A stretch of DNA of 64,000 nucleotides from Sedimentisphaerales bacterium. Lineage in GTDB: Bacteria > Planctomycetota > Phycisphaerae > Sedimentisphaerales > SM23-30. This document shows, one piece after another, positions 8,715 to 19,625 of this stretch. The position numbers and the translations under genes were made by a program. A model generated the notes under the pieces. That model was not told the origin of the DNA. It saw only the letters and a program-made list of their open reading frames with translations, and ran no database searches. Location: assembly GCA_963666285.1 (NCBI GenBank), contig OY762711.1. One strand, written 5' to 3'. Within the stretch, counting starts at the first letter, position 1. The number at the start of each line of letters is the position of its first letter.

Positions 8715-9848
8715 TTACCCTGTTGATTCTTCTGAGATTTGACTAATTGTGTCTAATACTGCTTCAGAATTGAGATTATCAGAATATCTAAACAATTCCA
8801 TGAACCTACAGTTCCAGAACTTGTTATTTATCAAAAATATCACAAACGGCAAACATAAAACAAAACAGGCAAAACCAAATATTAGTGCCATAAGCAATAC
8901 CTGCCAGATATAATCATCAATTTGCTGACTATTAGCCATTGCCTGTATAACAAATGCGGAAACGACAAATATTCCGGAAATTAAAATCATATTAACAAAT
9001 GTCAAGATGACGAACTTTATTGGCCTGAAACGCCTGCGACACATCCACCTGGTAACTATTATTCCCGACAAAACAACTCCGAATGCAATTAAGTAGACAA
9101 TAAATAGCTCTGCTTCCATGTCCCCGAAGCTCATTATTTCAAGTACGCCGAATGCGATAAATATAATAACAGTCAGGATAAAAACCAAAAAGCGATGCAC
9201 TTTTGCCAGCTTCTCAGACAATAGCCAACAGAAAACAAAACTGATAACTGTTGAGTTAACAATAATGTCAAAATATGTTCCAGATTGGCCAAGAGATACT
9301 ATTTTCAGGTATATCCACCATATCGCCAGCGCTATAACCATTGGCATAAGCAGCCATAAAGCTTTTCCTGTACGGTTTTCCTTGAGCAATATAAATCCAA
9401 CTGCAATAATCAACCACTTTACCATCCCAAGCAAAGCACTAAACGGACTGATATACACCTCAACCGGCCGGCCTTTAACTGGTCCCCAATCACCAATATT
9501 GTTACTTACCACAATTTGAATATTACCAAAAACATACCCAGGTATTCGCCACGAATACGAACTTAAGCCTCCTCAACCATACTCAAATTTACCGGTACCT
9601 AATTTTAAATTCCCTTTATATATTTCAAACGTTGGCTTCTGCCCTCTTTCAAACAGCCCTGAATTTTCATGAGCTTTTCCTAAGGTATCAAGAAGTTTAT
9701 ATTCCAGGGTAATATAACAGCCATTAATTCCAACCTCAACTGTATTATCCAAAGGCTTGCCAGGACTATCATCCGCAAGTAAACCAAAATTGATAGAAGA
9801 AATAAACAGAATAATAAATATAAATATTTTTTTCATAATCAAACACAC
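8715..9848 (-). CDS. Predicted selenoprotein: exported EYG-U-GG domain fused to a multi-TM domain (joins ORFs 9573..9848 and 8715..9512)
   Basis: TGA 9575-9573 is followed by 20 open codons GGLSSYSWRIPGYVFGNIQI in frame with the downstream ORF; SECIS hairpin 9542-9558; likely ATG start at 9836. Confidence 0.8.
9542..9558 (-). promoter_or_regulatory. SECIS upper stem-loop
   Basis: GTATTCG-[TGG]-CGAATAC perfect 7-bp stem starting 14 nt after UGA. Confidence 0.75.
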
Positions 9849-9858
9849 ATAAATTAAT

Positions 9859-11184
9859 TTATTTCAATTGATCTTCCAACTCGTCAATCGTAAAACCTTC
9901 TGCAGTAACCTTCAATTCAGAATCTGCTAATATCAGCCATGGTAAGCCTTTCAAACCAAGTTTGAATTTAGCATCATCCAGCTCTTTATTCAAAATGCAA
10001 GATTCAAATGGAACAGAATTATCTGATAACCATTTATCAATTTCCTCCTGGTCAATTTGTCCGTTATGTACCAGCACAGTATGAATACCCTTTGTTTCAA
10101 GTATTTCTTTTTTACCTGCCAGCTGTTTAATAAAATAACGGCTTGGTCTCTGTTGTATATCCCAGAAAAAGAGCAAAACAGGCTTGCCTGCTTCCAGGTT
10201 GGTTATGCCGTATTTAGTCATATCAGGCAAATTCTTACCGAGCAAAGAAGAAGGCTGTCTAGGCACAAAGCCTCCGTAAGACGGTTGTTCACTAACTACA
10301 AGAACAACATCCTCGGCACCACCTTCAGTTTCTATGTGGTTGTATAAATGCCTGCCATTACTTTGATAGTTAGCCTGAATATTCGCCCTGCCTGAACAAA
10401 CAGCTTCAAAAGTAAATTTCCCTTCTTCATCTGTTTGTTTGCCTTCATTTGGCTGGCCGCTGCCGTAGAGATAAACATTAACATTAGATATGCCTTTTCC
10501 ATCTTCGTCAACAACCTGACCGGATATTTTCATATCAGCAATACGTAAAATAGTATTATCCAGCTGAATAACCCTGCCTATTATACCTGGATCTGCCTCA
10601 CAGCTTATGTTGCCTGAACCATATCCTTTGACACTACTAATATTAATACTGTACCTATGAGATTCCGGTAAACATGATACAGCAAACTCACCGTTGGCAT
10701 CTGATTTGATTTTTGACTCGGTACGTTCAAAGCTGCACCCCCAACTATTGGACATAAGTGACAATGAAACTCTCGCACCTTCAAGTGGTTCGCTTTTTTC
10801 GTTAACAACTTTACCTTTTACAGAAAATCCTTTTGCCAGTGTGATGTCTGCAACTTTACTATCTACTGTAATTGAAGTTGAACCTGCCAGATTGTTACCA
10901 ATATCTCTGGCAATAACATACATCTCATCTTGCACCCAGCTATAATTACTGGGCTTCCAGTTTATTATATATTTACCATCTGCATCCGTTGTCACACTTC
11001 CCGGCACATAATAGTTCGGCATAAGATAAACAGCTGCTCCTTCAACCGGGCTGCCATCGGCATCTCTAACTATTCCAATTAGTTGAGAAGGAGCATTACG
11101 CTGCATTTCTCTGACCATTGGAGTCGCCTGATCAGCCAGTTCCATCCCTAACGACGATAACAAGATTAAAAATAACCTTAACAT
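9859..11184 (-). CDS. Secreted protein with carboxypeptidase regulatory-like (beta-sandwich) repeats and a C-terminal redoxin-like domain lacking CxxC
   Basis: Repeated GxVxDxxGxPVEGAxV units; GKPVLLFFWDIQQRPSR and GLPWLIL thioredoxin-fold pattern. Confidence 0.75.
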   Translation of the reverse strand: MLRLFLILLSSLGMELADQATPMVREMQRNAPSQLIGIVRDADGSPVEGAAVYLMPNYYVPGSVTTDADGKYIINWKPSNYSWVQDEMYVIARDIGNNLAGSTSITVDSKVADITLAKGFSVKGKVVNEKSEPLEGARVSLSLMSNSWGCSFERTESKIKSDANGEFAVSCLPESHRYSINISSVKGYGSGNISCEADPGIIGRVIQLDNTILRIADMKISGQVVDEDGKGISNVNVYLYGSGQPNEGKQTDEEGKFTFEAVCSGRANIQANYQSNGRHLYNHIETEGGAEDVVLVVSEQPSYGGFVPRQPSSLLGKNLPDMTKYGITNLEAGKPVLLFFWDIQQRPSRYFIKQLAGKKEILETKGIHTVLVHNGQIDQEEIDKWLSDNSVPFESCILNKELDDAKFKLGLKGLPWLILADSELKVTAEGFTIDELEDQLK

Positions 11185-11205
11185 AATAAATCCTTATCTT
11201 AAAAT

Positions 11206-11231
11206 AGCCCGGATCAATAATAATCCGGGCT
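11206..11231 (-). terminator. Intergenic hairpin (terminator or stabiliser)
   Basis: AGCCCGGAT...ATCCGGGCT 9-bp inverted repeat with A/T flanks. Confidence 0.55.
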
Positions 11232-11245
11232 TTATTAGAATGATT

Positions 11246-14140
11246 TTATTTCTTTTTACGTGTTGAAGAAACAACCGCAACAACAACCATAACTACAAAT
11301 ATAACTATTACAGCACTCAAGTTGAACTTCCTCTCCTGCCCGGCTTCGGGTTGAGATTCTGACTGTTCAGCCTGAATCGCTTCTTCGGCGGCCTCTTCGG
11401 CTACTTCTTGCACAGATTCGCCTTCTTCAACAAAACTTACATTCTCCAGCTTAACTTCATCCTGTTCAGCTGCGACAATCTTATTTTCCTTGAAAAGCGA
11501 TTCAACTTGTTCGGCACTTAAGGCATAGCCAAAAATATAAGCTTCATCGATAAGTCCCTTAAAGTTCCTCATTGTACGGCTATGATCAATTTTACCAAGA
11601 ACGAAATGTACCGGATCATCAAATTGCTTTTCGACATTATTAACAAAGCCTGCCAGCTGGCCATCAATATACAGATAATTACAACTACCGGAATTAACTA
11701 TAACTATATGGTGCCAGTTATTATCTGTATAGATTCCATTACCATTAATTGAATTACCACCTTCGTTACCAAAAGGTTTTCTATGAAGATATCTAATCCG
11801 ATCTTTGTAGATTTCCAGCAAAATACCGTGATTACCATGGCCGGTTGCTGCAACTATATCCATCGCTTCATCTGTACCACCATTCTTAATCCATACAGAA
11901 ATCGAATAATCTTTCGATATAGTTAACGGATCAGTAATATCAACATAATCATCCTTACCATCAAGCTGCAACGCTCCGCCAAACCGGCCTTTACCAGGAA
12001 GCCATTCAGGCTCCCCATTAAGAGTTCCATTAAACGAATTATTTTGATCTAACGCTACCGAACCACTCACTTCATCAAGAGACCAATGAGCAAGCTGGTC
12101 GCCTTTCGTCTCAAATGACCATACCGGGCCAACTGTTGTTTTTCCGGATTGGCTTACTTCATCAACACACCAGAAATAGATGGCATTAGGAATAAGTCCG
12201 CTGAAAGTCAGTTCAGGTTTCCCTTTAATGCTGCCTAGCAGCTCCATATTCTGTTTTGTATTGCCAAAATATATTTTATGTATAACTGAATCTTCACCTG
12301 CAGTCCATAATACCTTCATTTTTCGCTGAGAAGCGACATTTGCCCCATCCCAAGGCTCCGGATTACAGGCATTTGCCCCAAGCTCTTTATAAAATCGAAC
12401 TTCACTAATCCCTATTTGACCACTCTTATGCCAACTGGATGGATTATCAAAACGAACTTTTTGAGCGTCTACTGGATCTAACTTAACTACAACGGGCGAA
12501 TCATAATCGAAAGTACCCTCAGCCTTGTCAAATACAATATCCTGCTTAACAGATTTCCAACCTTCTTTTTCAGTCCACACGGAAACATCAGCCTTTGCAA
12601 TACCATAATCGACATAACCTGGCTTATTATAATTCCAGACGACTATAGAAGTAAGTTTCTGTGGTTCAGTAAAATCAAAAACAATACCTTCACTATATCT
12701 TTCGACATTTGACAGCCACATAGCTTCAGTGTCAGTATTATGCTCTATCAGATTATCTTGATCTACATCCAGAAGACCGCTGCCATCAATTACAGCATTC
12801 ATCCCTTTAGCTACAACGCCGGTAACCATCTCGCCATATACAGTTCTTTTACGGTTTTCAGGTTTTAATGTATAAATTTTTCCCCTTATATCAAAAGGAG
12901 AATCAATAACAGCTTCAGCAATAAATGGTCGTGCAACATTCTTAGGCTCTCGCCACGAGAGCGAACAAGTGCCACCTCAACCATATTCCAGACTAAAAGT
13001 CTGGTCATAGGTCCGATCCCTGTTGTATATCCTGACCTTTGGAGCATCAGGTCTGCTGCCCGATTTTGTCAAGCTTACAGACTCTCCATTATTACCTGAT
13101 AATTGGTGTCTGAAGTAATAACTACCATTTCCATAACTCACCGATAGGTTTGAAAATACATTTTCGCCTACATTCGATTTGGCAACAGCTCCCCGGCTAA
13201 TCTCAAATTCGTTGCTATTGGAATACCAGGTGGCTCCCATCTCCCAGTTTTTACCGGAATCATCTTTTGCTGTTTTCTGCCAGGAACGAACTCGATATTT
13301 ACCAACAGGTAAACTGATTTGGCCATCTTTTATATTGTCTCGTTTGAACAAACCATTCTGGCCGCAGCATACGATTGAATCGACATTAACCGGTACTTCC
13401 AGCTTACTGTATGCAACGTCATCTGCCGAAGTCAATTCGACAAATGCTCCGTCTTTTGAAACTTGCAGGTTATATAGTTTATTTTCATATTCAATATAAT
13501 TACCAACAAAAGTTTCATGCTTGGTTATGACATCACCTATAATTATTCTGTCACTGTCAAATGTTTCAGAAATATCATTAAATGTGCCATTCAGATTATA
13601 GTCAACTAGCGTAATTTTTGTTTTAACACCAGCTATATCAACAGTCCCTTCATACCAGCACCCAATCTGGGCATACAAACGCTCGTAATCTGCTCTGTAG
13701 GAATAATAATAAAAATTAATATGATATGTAACGATCCCATCATCTGTATCAAACAGCACAGGAATTCCGTTGAAGTTTACACGGTATTCATCTCTACGCT
13801 CACCCTGATATTTTTCATTTTCAGAAATAGAGCCGTCCCCATTAGAATCAAAATACATTAGATCGTATTTGCCATATTTCTTCTGACGATCCAGTATTAT
13901 CTGCCTTGATTTCTTCCCGGCCATCTCATGCTTCCAAACGGCATACCTTACATCATCTGTATTTAGTTTTGGTACTGTCATTTCTGACGGTTTTTCCTTT
14001 GAAAGCTCGATATTTTTTGTGTTCCCACCTATGATTTCTCTGGCCGTATCGGAACTGCAATATCGCAACCATTGAGGTGCAGAAAAAACTGTCGCAGTAA
14101 TTGAAAAAATAACCAATAAAAATAATGCCTTGATTTTCAC
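11246..14140 (-). CDS. Predicted 964-aa selenoprotein: signal peptide, EYG-U-GGTC domain, discoidin-like, LamG domains, C-terminal TM anchor (joins ORFs 12977..14140 and 11246..12829)
   Basis: TGA 12979-12977 is followed by 49 open codons GGTCSLSWREPKNV...YGE into the downstream ORF; SECIS hairpin 12946-12962; LamG motifs (GGALQLDGKDDYV, WHHIV, FKGLIDE). Confidence 0.82.
12946..12962 (-). promoter_or_regulatory. SECIS upper stem-loop
   Basis: GCTCTCG-[TGG]-CGAGAGC perfect 7-bp stem starting 14 nt after UGA; covaries with 9542-9558. Confidence 0.78.
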
Positions 14141-14615
14141 ATCAAACCACCTTCCTAATTATAGAAGCACTCAAATACTTCTGAACCTAAATAACTATTT
14201 TGCATTTATTGTATCAATTAACATTATTTATGCAAACCCTATTATTTTAATAGCTTACATAAATTCATCGCCAATTCCTTTCCATTTTATCAATATTCTA
14301 TATATACCAATAACAGTTGAAAATACCCGTTCGACCATGGTATAAATGATTAAATTATCATTACTTACCTCCCGAGCAATCGGACATAATCATACACAGC
14401 GTGTATACTATTTGACGTACTATAATCAAAAATGTTACAACTTTTTTTGCAAAAATATGAAAAATATACTACATAACTATTTTATATCTTTTCACTTAAG
14501 CAAAATAACTGTTTATTAGCTTTAACACCACTACCTACCCTATCAACAAAAATATTATATTATTCCAAAAAAATTCTTTTGACTGCCTGCTTTATTGTGA
14601 TATTATTTAAAAAAG

Positions 14616-14668
14616 TCAGGCAATTTGCCTGATATTATTTTGCCTGCATCTAAGGCAACTTGCCTTAG
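14616..14668. promoter_or_regulatory. Two palindromic operators (AGGCAA-N-TTGCCT) upstream of blaI-like gene
   Basis: TCAGGCAATTTGCCTGA 14616-14632 and CTAAGGCAACTTGCCTTAG 14650-14668, just downstream of TTGACT-N16-TATTAT (14579-14606). Confidence 0.6.
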
Positions 14669-14700
14669 AGTTATCAAAGCCAAAAAAATGGATATTATTA

Positions 14701-15081
14701 ATGAAAAACGATGCTAATCAAAACGTATCAGAAACTGAATTGACAATATTAAATGTATTATGGAACAGTCAGGAAGCCAGTATCAGAGATATAACTCATA
14801 ATATCTACGGCAACACTGATACCAGCAACTATAATACGGTTCAAAGCCTGATCAATCGACTGGAAAATAAGGGTTTTGTAGGCCGGGATAGAAGTGGTTT
14901 CGCCCATAAGTTCTTTGCACAAATAAAAAGGCAGGACTTTATTAACCGCCAGCTAACCGAAATAGCAGACAAAGTATGCGGAGGATCCTTTATGCCGCTT
15001 TTAACCAATCTTGTTAATAAAGCAGAGTTTACTGAAGACCAAAGAAACCAGCTTAAAAGGCTGATTGATCAAATAGACTAA
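14701..15081 (+). CDS. BlaI/MecI/CopY family transcriptional repressor
   Basis: SETELTILNVLW...TVQSLINRLENKGFV...CGGSFMPLL. Confidence 0.92.
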   Translation: MKNDANQNVSETELTILNVLWNSQEASIRDITHNIYGNTDTSNYNTVQSLINRLENKGFVGRDRSGFAHKFFAQIKRQDFINRQLTEIADKVCGGSFMPLLTNLVNKAEFTEDQRNQLKRLIDQID

Positions 15082-15106
15082 AATAACTCGCATTGAGAAC
15101 AATACA

Positions 15107-16846
15107 ATGGAAACTTTATTATATACGGCATTATCAAACACAATAATAGTAGCGATTATCGTATTATCAAATCTACTACTAACTCGAGTAATTAAAAATA
15201 AGCAGATTTTAGCAATACTATGGCTGGTTGCATTGGCCAAACTGTTAACCCCAGCCCTTTTCAACCTTCCAATAATCACCCTGCCAATAAACCAGGCTAA
15301 TGACCAGATACAGTTCAATATAGCATCAATACAACCAACTGACTTCGATAATGACAAATTGAATACGGGGTACAAAACCTCTATAACGCCATTAATGTTA
15401 GAAAAAACTCCACTGGATGATGCGATTAAACTTGATTGGCACACTATTCTCATTTCAATCTGGCTTGGAGGAGGTATTATTTTTATCTCATACAATTGTT
15501 ATAAAATATTTAATACTATTAACCTATTAAGAAAAGCTAACAAGCCGCCTCATTTCATTAAACAGGAGGCAGAAAAAATCGCTGACACACTTGGCCTGAA
15601 ATCTGCACCAAGGATTTTAATGTTAAACAAGCCTATTTCACCTTGCGTATGGGGACTCGGCAAAAAACCGACAATTATACTACCTACAGGCTTCTTCTTT
15701 AGCCTCTCTCGCAAGGATCAGGATTTAATATTAACTCATGAGATGGCACATATCAAACGCTATGATCATTTAATAAGATTCATCGAGTTTTTGGCATTAT
15801 CAATATACTGGTGGAATCCAATTGCCTGGTTGATATGTTTTAATGTCAGACAAAGCTCAGAAATTTGCTGTGATAACTATGTATTAAAATTATTTCCTCA
15901 GCAAGCCAAAACTTACGCGCGGGTTTTGGTACAGACAGTGGAATATATAGCTAATCGGCCGGTCTTTGCCTTTAGCAGCGGACTGACCAGGGAACCTTTT
16001 ATAAACAGGAGAATTAAAATGCTCAATAAAAATCAAACGGATAGATATTCAATAGCATCCTTATTATTTATTTTTGCTCTCGTTCTTACTCTGCCATTTT
16101 CTGTTTCAATAGCCACAGCCGAAGACACAAATATTGATGAGCTTAAAGAAAAAGTACTAAATTCACTGGAAGGCCAGGATGAAAAAGTACTGCAATCGAT
16201 AGAAATGGCATTTAATGAATACCAGAAAGAAGCAGTACAGGAAATACCCAATAATACAGATGCCGATAAAAGCCAACCAGACAATGAACAGCCTAAAGAG
16301 ACTGGAACAAAAGAACTTACTAAATCACTCTATAAGTCTATTAAAAAGCGGCTAATGTCTGGAAAAGATATTAATAATGGTAGTAACGAAACAAAAAATG
16401 ATGCAGCTGACAGCAAAAATGTCCAAACATTCAAAATCGGAAATTCTACAATTACTATAGCAACTGATTCTGATTGGTTAAATATAGCACAGCACCACAT
16501 CAATCAAATAGACAAAAGTAAATTGGAAAATCTAAAAAATGAAATAAATGAAAAACTGCAAAATAACTTCAAAAAGCTTAACAAGGAAATGGCTAATTTA
16601 ATAGATATTGACTTTGACGAGATAAGATTTAACTCGGAAAAGCAAAGAGAAATCTTAGAAAATGCTATAAAGTTAAAAGAACTTATTACCAGCGGAAATC
16701 TCAAAGAAAAAATATTCCAGGAAAAAGATGAAGTTATCACAGAACTTCATACAAAAATGGCTGATCTGGAAGAAAAGTACCAGCAACTTAAAAACGACCT
16801 GTATGGCCTCGACCAAAATATAAATAAGAAAATAGAGAAAGAATAA
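15107..16846 (+). CDS. M56 family (BlaR1-like) metallopeptidase sensor with coiled-coil C-terminus
   Basis: HEMAHIKRYD, YWWNPIAW, SEICCD; adjacent to BlaI. Confidence 0.92.
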   Translation: METLLYTALSNTIIVAIIVLSNLLLTRVIKNKQILAILWLVALAKLLTPALFNLPIITLPINQANDQIQFNIASIQPTDFDNDKLNTGYKTSITPLMLEKTPLDDAIKLDWHTILISIWLGGGIIFISYNCYKIFNTINLLRKANKPPHFIKQEAEKIADTLGLKSAPRILMLNKPISPCVWGLGKKPTIILPTGFFFSLSRKDQDLILTHEMAHIKRYDHLIRFIEFLALSIYWWNPIAWLICFNVRQSSEICCDNYVLKLFPQQAKTYARVLVQTVEYIANRPVFAFSSGLTREPFINRRIKMLNKNQTDRYSIASLLFIFALVLTLPFSVSIATAEDTNIDELKEKVLNSLEGQDEKVLQSIEMAFNEYQKEAVQEIPNNTDADKSQPDNEQPKETGTKELTKSLYKSIKKRLMSGKDINNGSNETKNDAADSKNVQTFKIGNSTITIATDSDWLNIAQHHINQIDKSKLENLKNEINEKLQNNFKKLNKEMANLIDIDFDEIRFNSEKQREILENAIKLKELITSGNLKEKIFQEKDEVITELHTKMADLEEKYQQLKNDLYGLDQNINKKIEKE

Positions 16847-16900
16847 TCACATATTTTCGATATAGATTGTTAAATTAGATAAAGCTGGAACAAAAAAATA

Positions 16901-16925
16901 CGGGGGTGTATAGTCAACACCCCCG
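16901..16925. terminator. Hairpin terminator between convergent genes
   Basis: CGGGGGTGT...ACACCCCCG inverted repeat preceded by an A-run. Confidence 0.55.
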
Positions 16926-16966
16926 CTCTATGTATAATTTTTTGCGAGAAATCCAATATATTTACA

Positions 16967-17161
16967 CTAATCCGCCATCTTGTCTTTTTTCTTCAACTTT
17001 TTAGATTTACATAAGTTACCTTTGTCATTACTTACCCTAGCACATTTCTCGCAAAAAAACTTCGCGTCTTCTGTTTGGGCAATAAATTTCTTTTTCTGCG
17101 AACTTGATACGCCTTTACCAAATTCAGAGCACATCTTTTTGGCCATATATTTCATCCTCAC
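16967..17161 (-). CDS. Small basic Cys-rich protein (probable metal binding)
   Basis: MAKKMC...KFFCEKCARVSNDKGNLCK pattern. Confidence 0.6.
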   Translation of the reverse strand: MRMKYMAKKMCSEFGKGVSSSQKKKFIAQTEDAKFFCEKCARVSNDKGNLCKSKKLKKKDKMAD

Positions 17162-17252
17162 GATTTTAACTAGTTATTACATTTAAATTATAACCACTGT
17201 TTATGGTTTAAGGCAAATAACACAAAGATTTTTATCATAATTATAAGAACAT

Positions 17253-17762
17253 TTGCGTATAAAAGCCGTTATTAGAGGAGTAAAGTCTACTGTTGACATT
17301 TATCGTTACTATATATATCATTATAGATTACAAATGAGTAGCCAAAATACACAAACCCAACCTGTTAAACCACTTAAATCAATACCAATGATTTTTATCG
17401 GTATAATCGCCTGGCTGATCCCCGGGGCCGGTCATTGGATGCTGGGCAAAAAAAACAGGGCAATCGTAATATTCGTTAGCATCATAATACTATTTTTCAC
17501 TGGTATTTATATCGGAGGAAATTCTCTGGTAAATGTAACCTATGCGAAGTTATGGTATATAGCCCAAATTTTTACCGGACTGCCATGTTTAATTATGACC
17601 AGCAAAGAGCAACTCGGTTTTGGTAAAGGTATTGACCTGGGCCAGCTCTATACCAGTTGTGCCGGCTTGCTCAACCTAATGTGTGTTATTGATGCCATTA
17701 TTCCTCCTGAAAGTGGTACTAATAAAAATAAGGCCAAAGAAGTAAAGGAGAAACTGGTATAA
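17253..17762 (+). CDS. Membrane protein (DUF6677-like); true start probably the internal MSSQN
   Basis: AWLIPGAGHW...G.LY...AGLLNL motif. Confidence 0.65.
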   Translation: MRIKAVIRGVKSTVDIYRYYIYHYRLQMSSQNTQTQPVKPLKSIPMIFIGIIAWLIPGAGHWMLGKKNRAIVIFVSIIILFFTGIYIGGNSLVNVTYAKLWYIAQIFTGLPCLIMTSKEQLGFGKGIDLGQLYTSCAGLLNLMCVIDAIIPPESGTNKNKAKEVKEKLV

Positions 17763-18016
17763 TGCCCTTTATTTTTGCTTCTATCCTGGCTTTTTCGCAA
17801 TATCCTATAGCTATCCCAACTACCCCTGCTTCACTGTTATGGGCATTACCCGTATCCCTTGGAATAGCAGCAGTTTATAAAGCAGTAAAACTTGAAGAGT
17901 TTACCTGGCCTTTGTTTGTCCGCGAAGTATCTCTGCTGTTTGTAACTATTATTGGCGCACTAATAGCCACAGCTCTATGCCTGTTAATCCTTGCACGTTT
18001 TGTAGGTTTGCTGTAA
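17762..18016 (+). CDS. Small membrane protein
   Basis: LPVSLGIAAVYKAVK plus TM helices; translationally coupled to the previous gene. Confidence 0.7.
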   Translation: MPFIFASILAFSQYPIAIPTTPASLLWALPVSLGIAAVYKAVKLEEFTWPLFVREVSLLFVTIIGALIATALCLLILARFVGLL

Positions 18017-18437
18017 AAAAATAAGGCTTTTTTTACGGTTAAACCTTTAAATGACAAACAGCTCAAAAAACATAAACTACTGCAAAAGAGAGCTTTAAAT
18101 CACCATATCCATCCCGGCCAAGCCAAAACCCCATACACCTAAAACTCTATTTTACTTGAATTAAAAGTTATAGGACTCTATAATGAATATGCGCGATAGC
18201 TGGATAAAAAGTCGTATTCGGCTCCAAAAGATGCTCTCGATAAGTATCTGAAAGATTGATTTTCGTATTTAGATTCTGATTGAGTGTAATCATGGTTATT
18301 TTCCTATCGATGCAAAGTTCTATATTAAGTGCAATTAATATTCGTTTTTGGCCAGATATATATATGTCTGGACGGGCTGTGCTTGGGCCCGGTTTGTGTT
18401 CTAATGAGTCTGTATTAACAGACAGGATGGTTTGTTT

Positions 18438-18731
18438 ATGTCCAGGAATATTTATGTGGGCAACCTTAGTTATGGTTTGTCAGAAGAAGAATTAGGTAAT
18501 GTATTTTCAGAGTTTGGAGATGTGGCAAGTACAAAGATCATAGTCGACAAGGATACAGGTCGCAGTAAAGGTTACGGATTTGTAGAAATGGGAACAGAAG
18601 AGCAGGCCCAATCTGCAATTACCGCAATGGATGGTAGAGATATTGATGGCCGAAGCGCCAAAGTAAGTCTGGCCCGCCCAAGACAGGAACGTCCTCAAGG
18701 CAGCCGCAATTTCAGTAGAAACCGAAACTAA
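18438..18731 (+). CDS. RNA-binding protein (single RRM)
   Basis: IYVGNLSY (RNP2), KGYGFVEM (RNP1). Confidence 0.95.
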   Translation: MSRNIYVGNLSYGLSEEELGNVFSEFGDVASTKIIVDKDTGRSKGYGFVEMGTEEQAQSAITAMDGRDIDGRSAKVSLARPRQERPQGSRNFSRNRN

Positions 18732-18812
18732 AAAAACAGTCGAACTCAAATGCTAGTCAATGATATTTAAATAGCAATTGAATATACGACAAAAATGTAA
18801 AAAGTATTCTAC

Positions 18813-18850
18813 AAAAAAAGCTGAGAATCGTTAAACGACTCTCAGCTTTT
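18813..18850. terminator. Bidirectional rho-independent terminator
   Basis: AAAAGCTGAGA...TCTCAGCTTTT between convergent genes. Confidence 0.7.
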
Positions 18851-18875
18851 AATTTTTAACAAATCAGATAAATTC

Positions 18876-19625
18876 TTAGAATTCCAGGCCAACGCTTACG
18901 CCGCCATATAGATAGTCTTCATAAGAATCTTCGATAGCTGACTGATAAACGATGAAAGGAGAAACACTTGCACCAGAAACTTCTAAGCCACTCAGAGACA
19001 CGCCAAAATCAGCATGAGTCCAATCAGAACCAGCATAGAACATATCATTATTGTAGCCAGTACCAGCTGAGAAGCTCAGAGAATAAGTGTCATCAATAGC
19101 AACATCTTTGCTGATGCTGATGCTATGATACTGCATTTTATCATTATCAACATCGTCATCTACAAAATCACCATAACCTGTATAGTAGCTCAGGCAAATA
19201 TCCCAAGGCAACAAGTTAGGCATATCAGCAGAAACACCAACTTCCCATACATCCCAAGTAGAATTGGCTTTAGGGAAATCATAATAAATGAAATTAGCAC
19301 CAAGATCAACCTGAGTAGCACCTTCACCAACTGTTGTGCCCCAGCTCAATGTGTAATCAAGCTCAGTAGCATCTTCAGAGCCAGAACCCATAGGGAAAGA
19401 ACCCCAAACATTCAAGCCAAGACCACTGTCACCAAATAATGCCATGTCAACGCTAGGCTGCCATGCACCATGAGATCCAAATAAGTTTTGGCCTCTCCAT
19501 ACATACCTACTTGTGTAGTCAACAGACGCACCAGTAACTTTAACAGGTTGAGCATTAACAACGCTTACCATCAGTGCCGCAACTACGCCCACCATTACAG
19601 ATTTCATCAATTTGCTCTTCAACAT
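18876..19625 (-). CDS. TorF-like outer-membrane beta-barrel/porin
   Basis: Signal peptide, SRYVWRG, ELDY motifs, C-terminal aromatic residue. Confidence 0.75.
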   Translation of the reverse strand: MLKSKLMKSVMVGVVAALMVSVVNAQPVKVTGASVDYTSRYVWRGQNLFGSHGAWQPSVDMALFGDSGLGLNVWGSFPMGSGSEDATELDYTLSWGTTVGEGATQVDLGANFIYYDFPKANSTWDVWEVGVSADMPNLLPWDICLSYYTGYGDFVDDDVDNDKMQYHSISISKDVAIDDTYSLSFSAGTGYNNDMFYAGSDWTHADFGVSLSGLEVSGASVSPFIVYQSAIEDSYEDYLYGGVSVGLEF

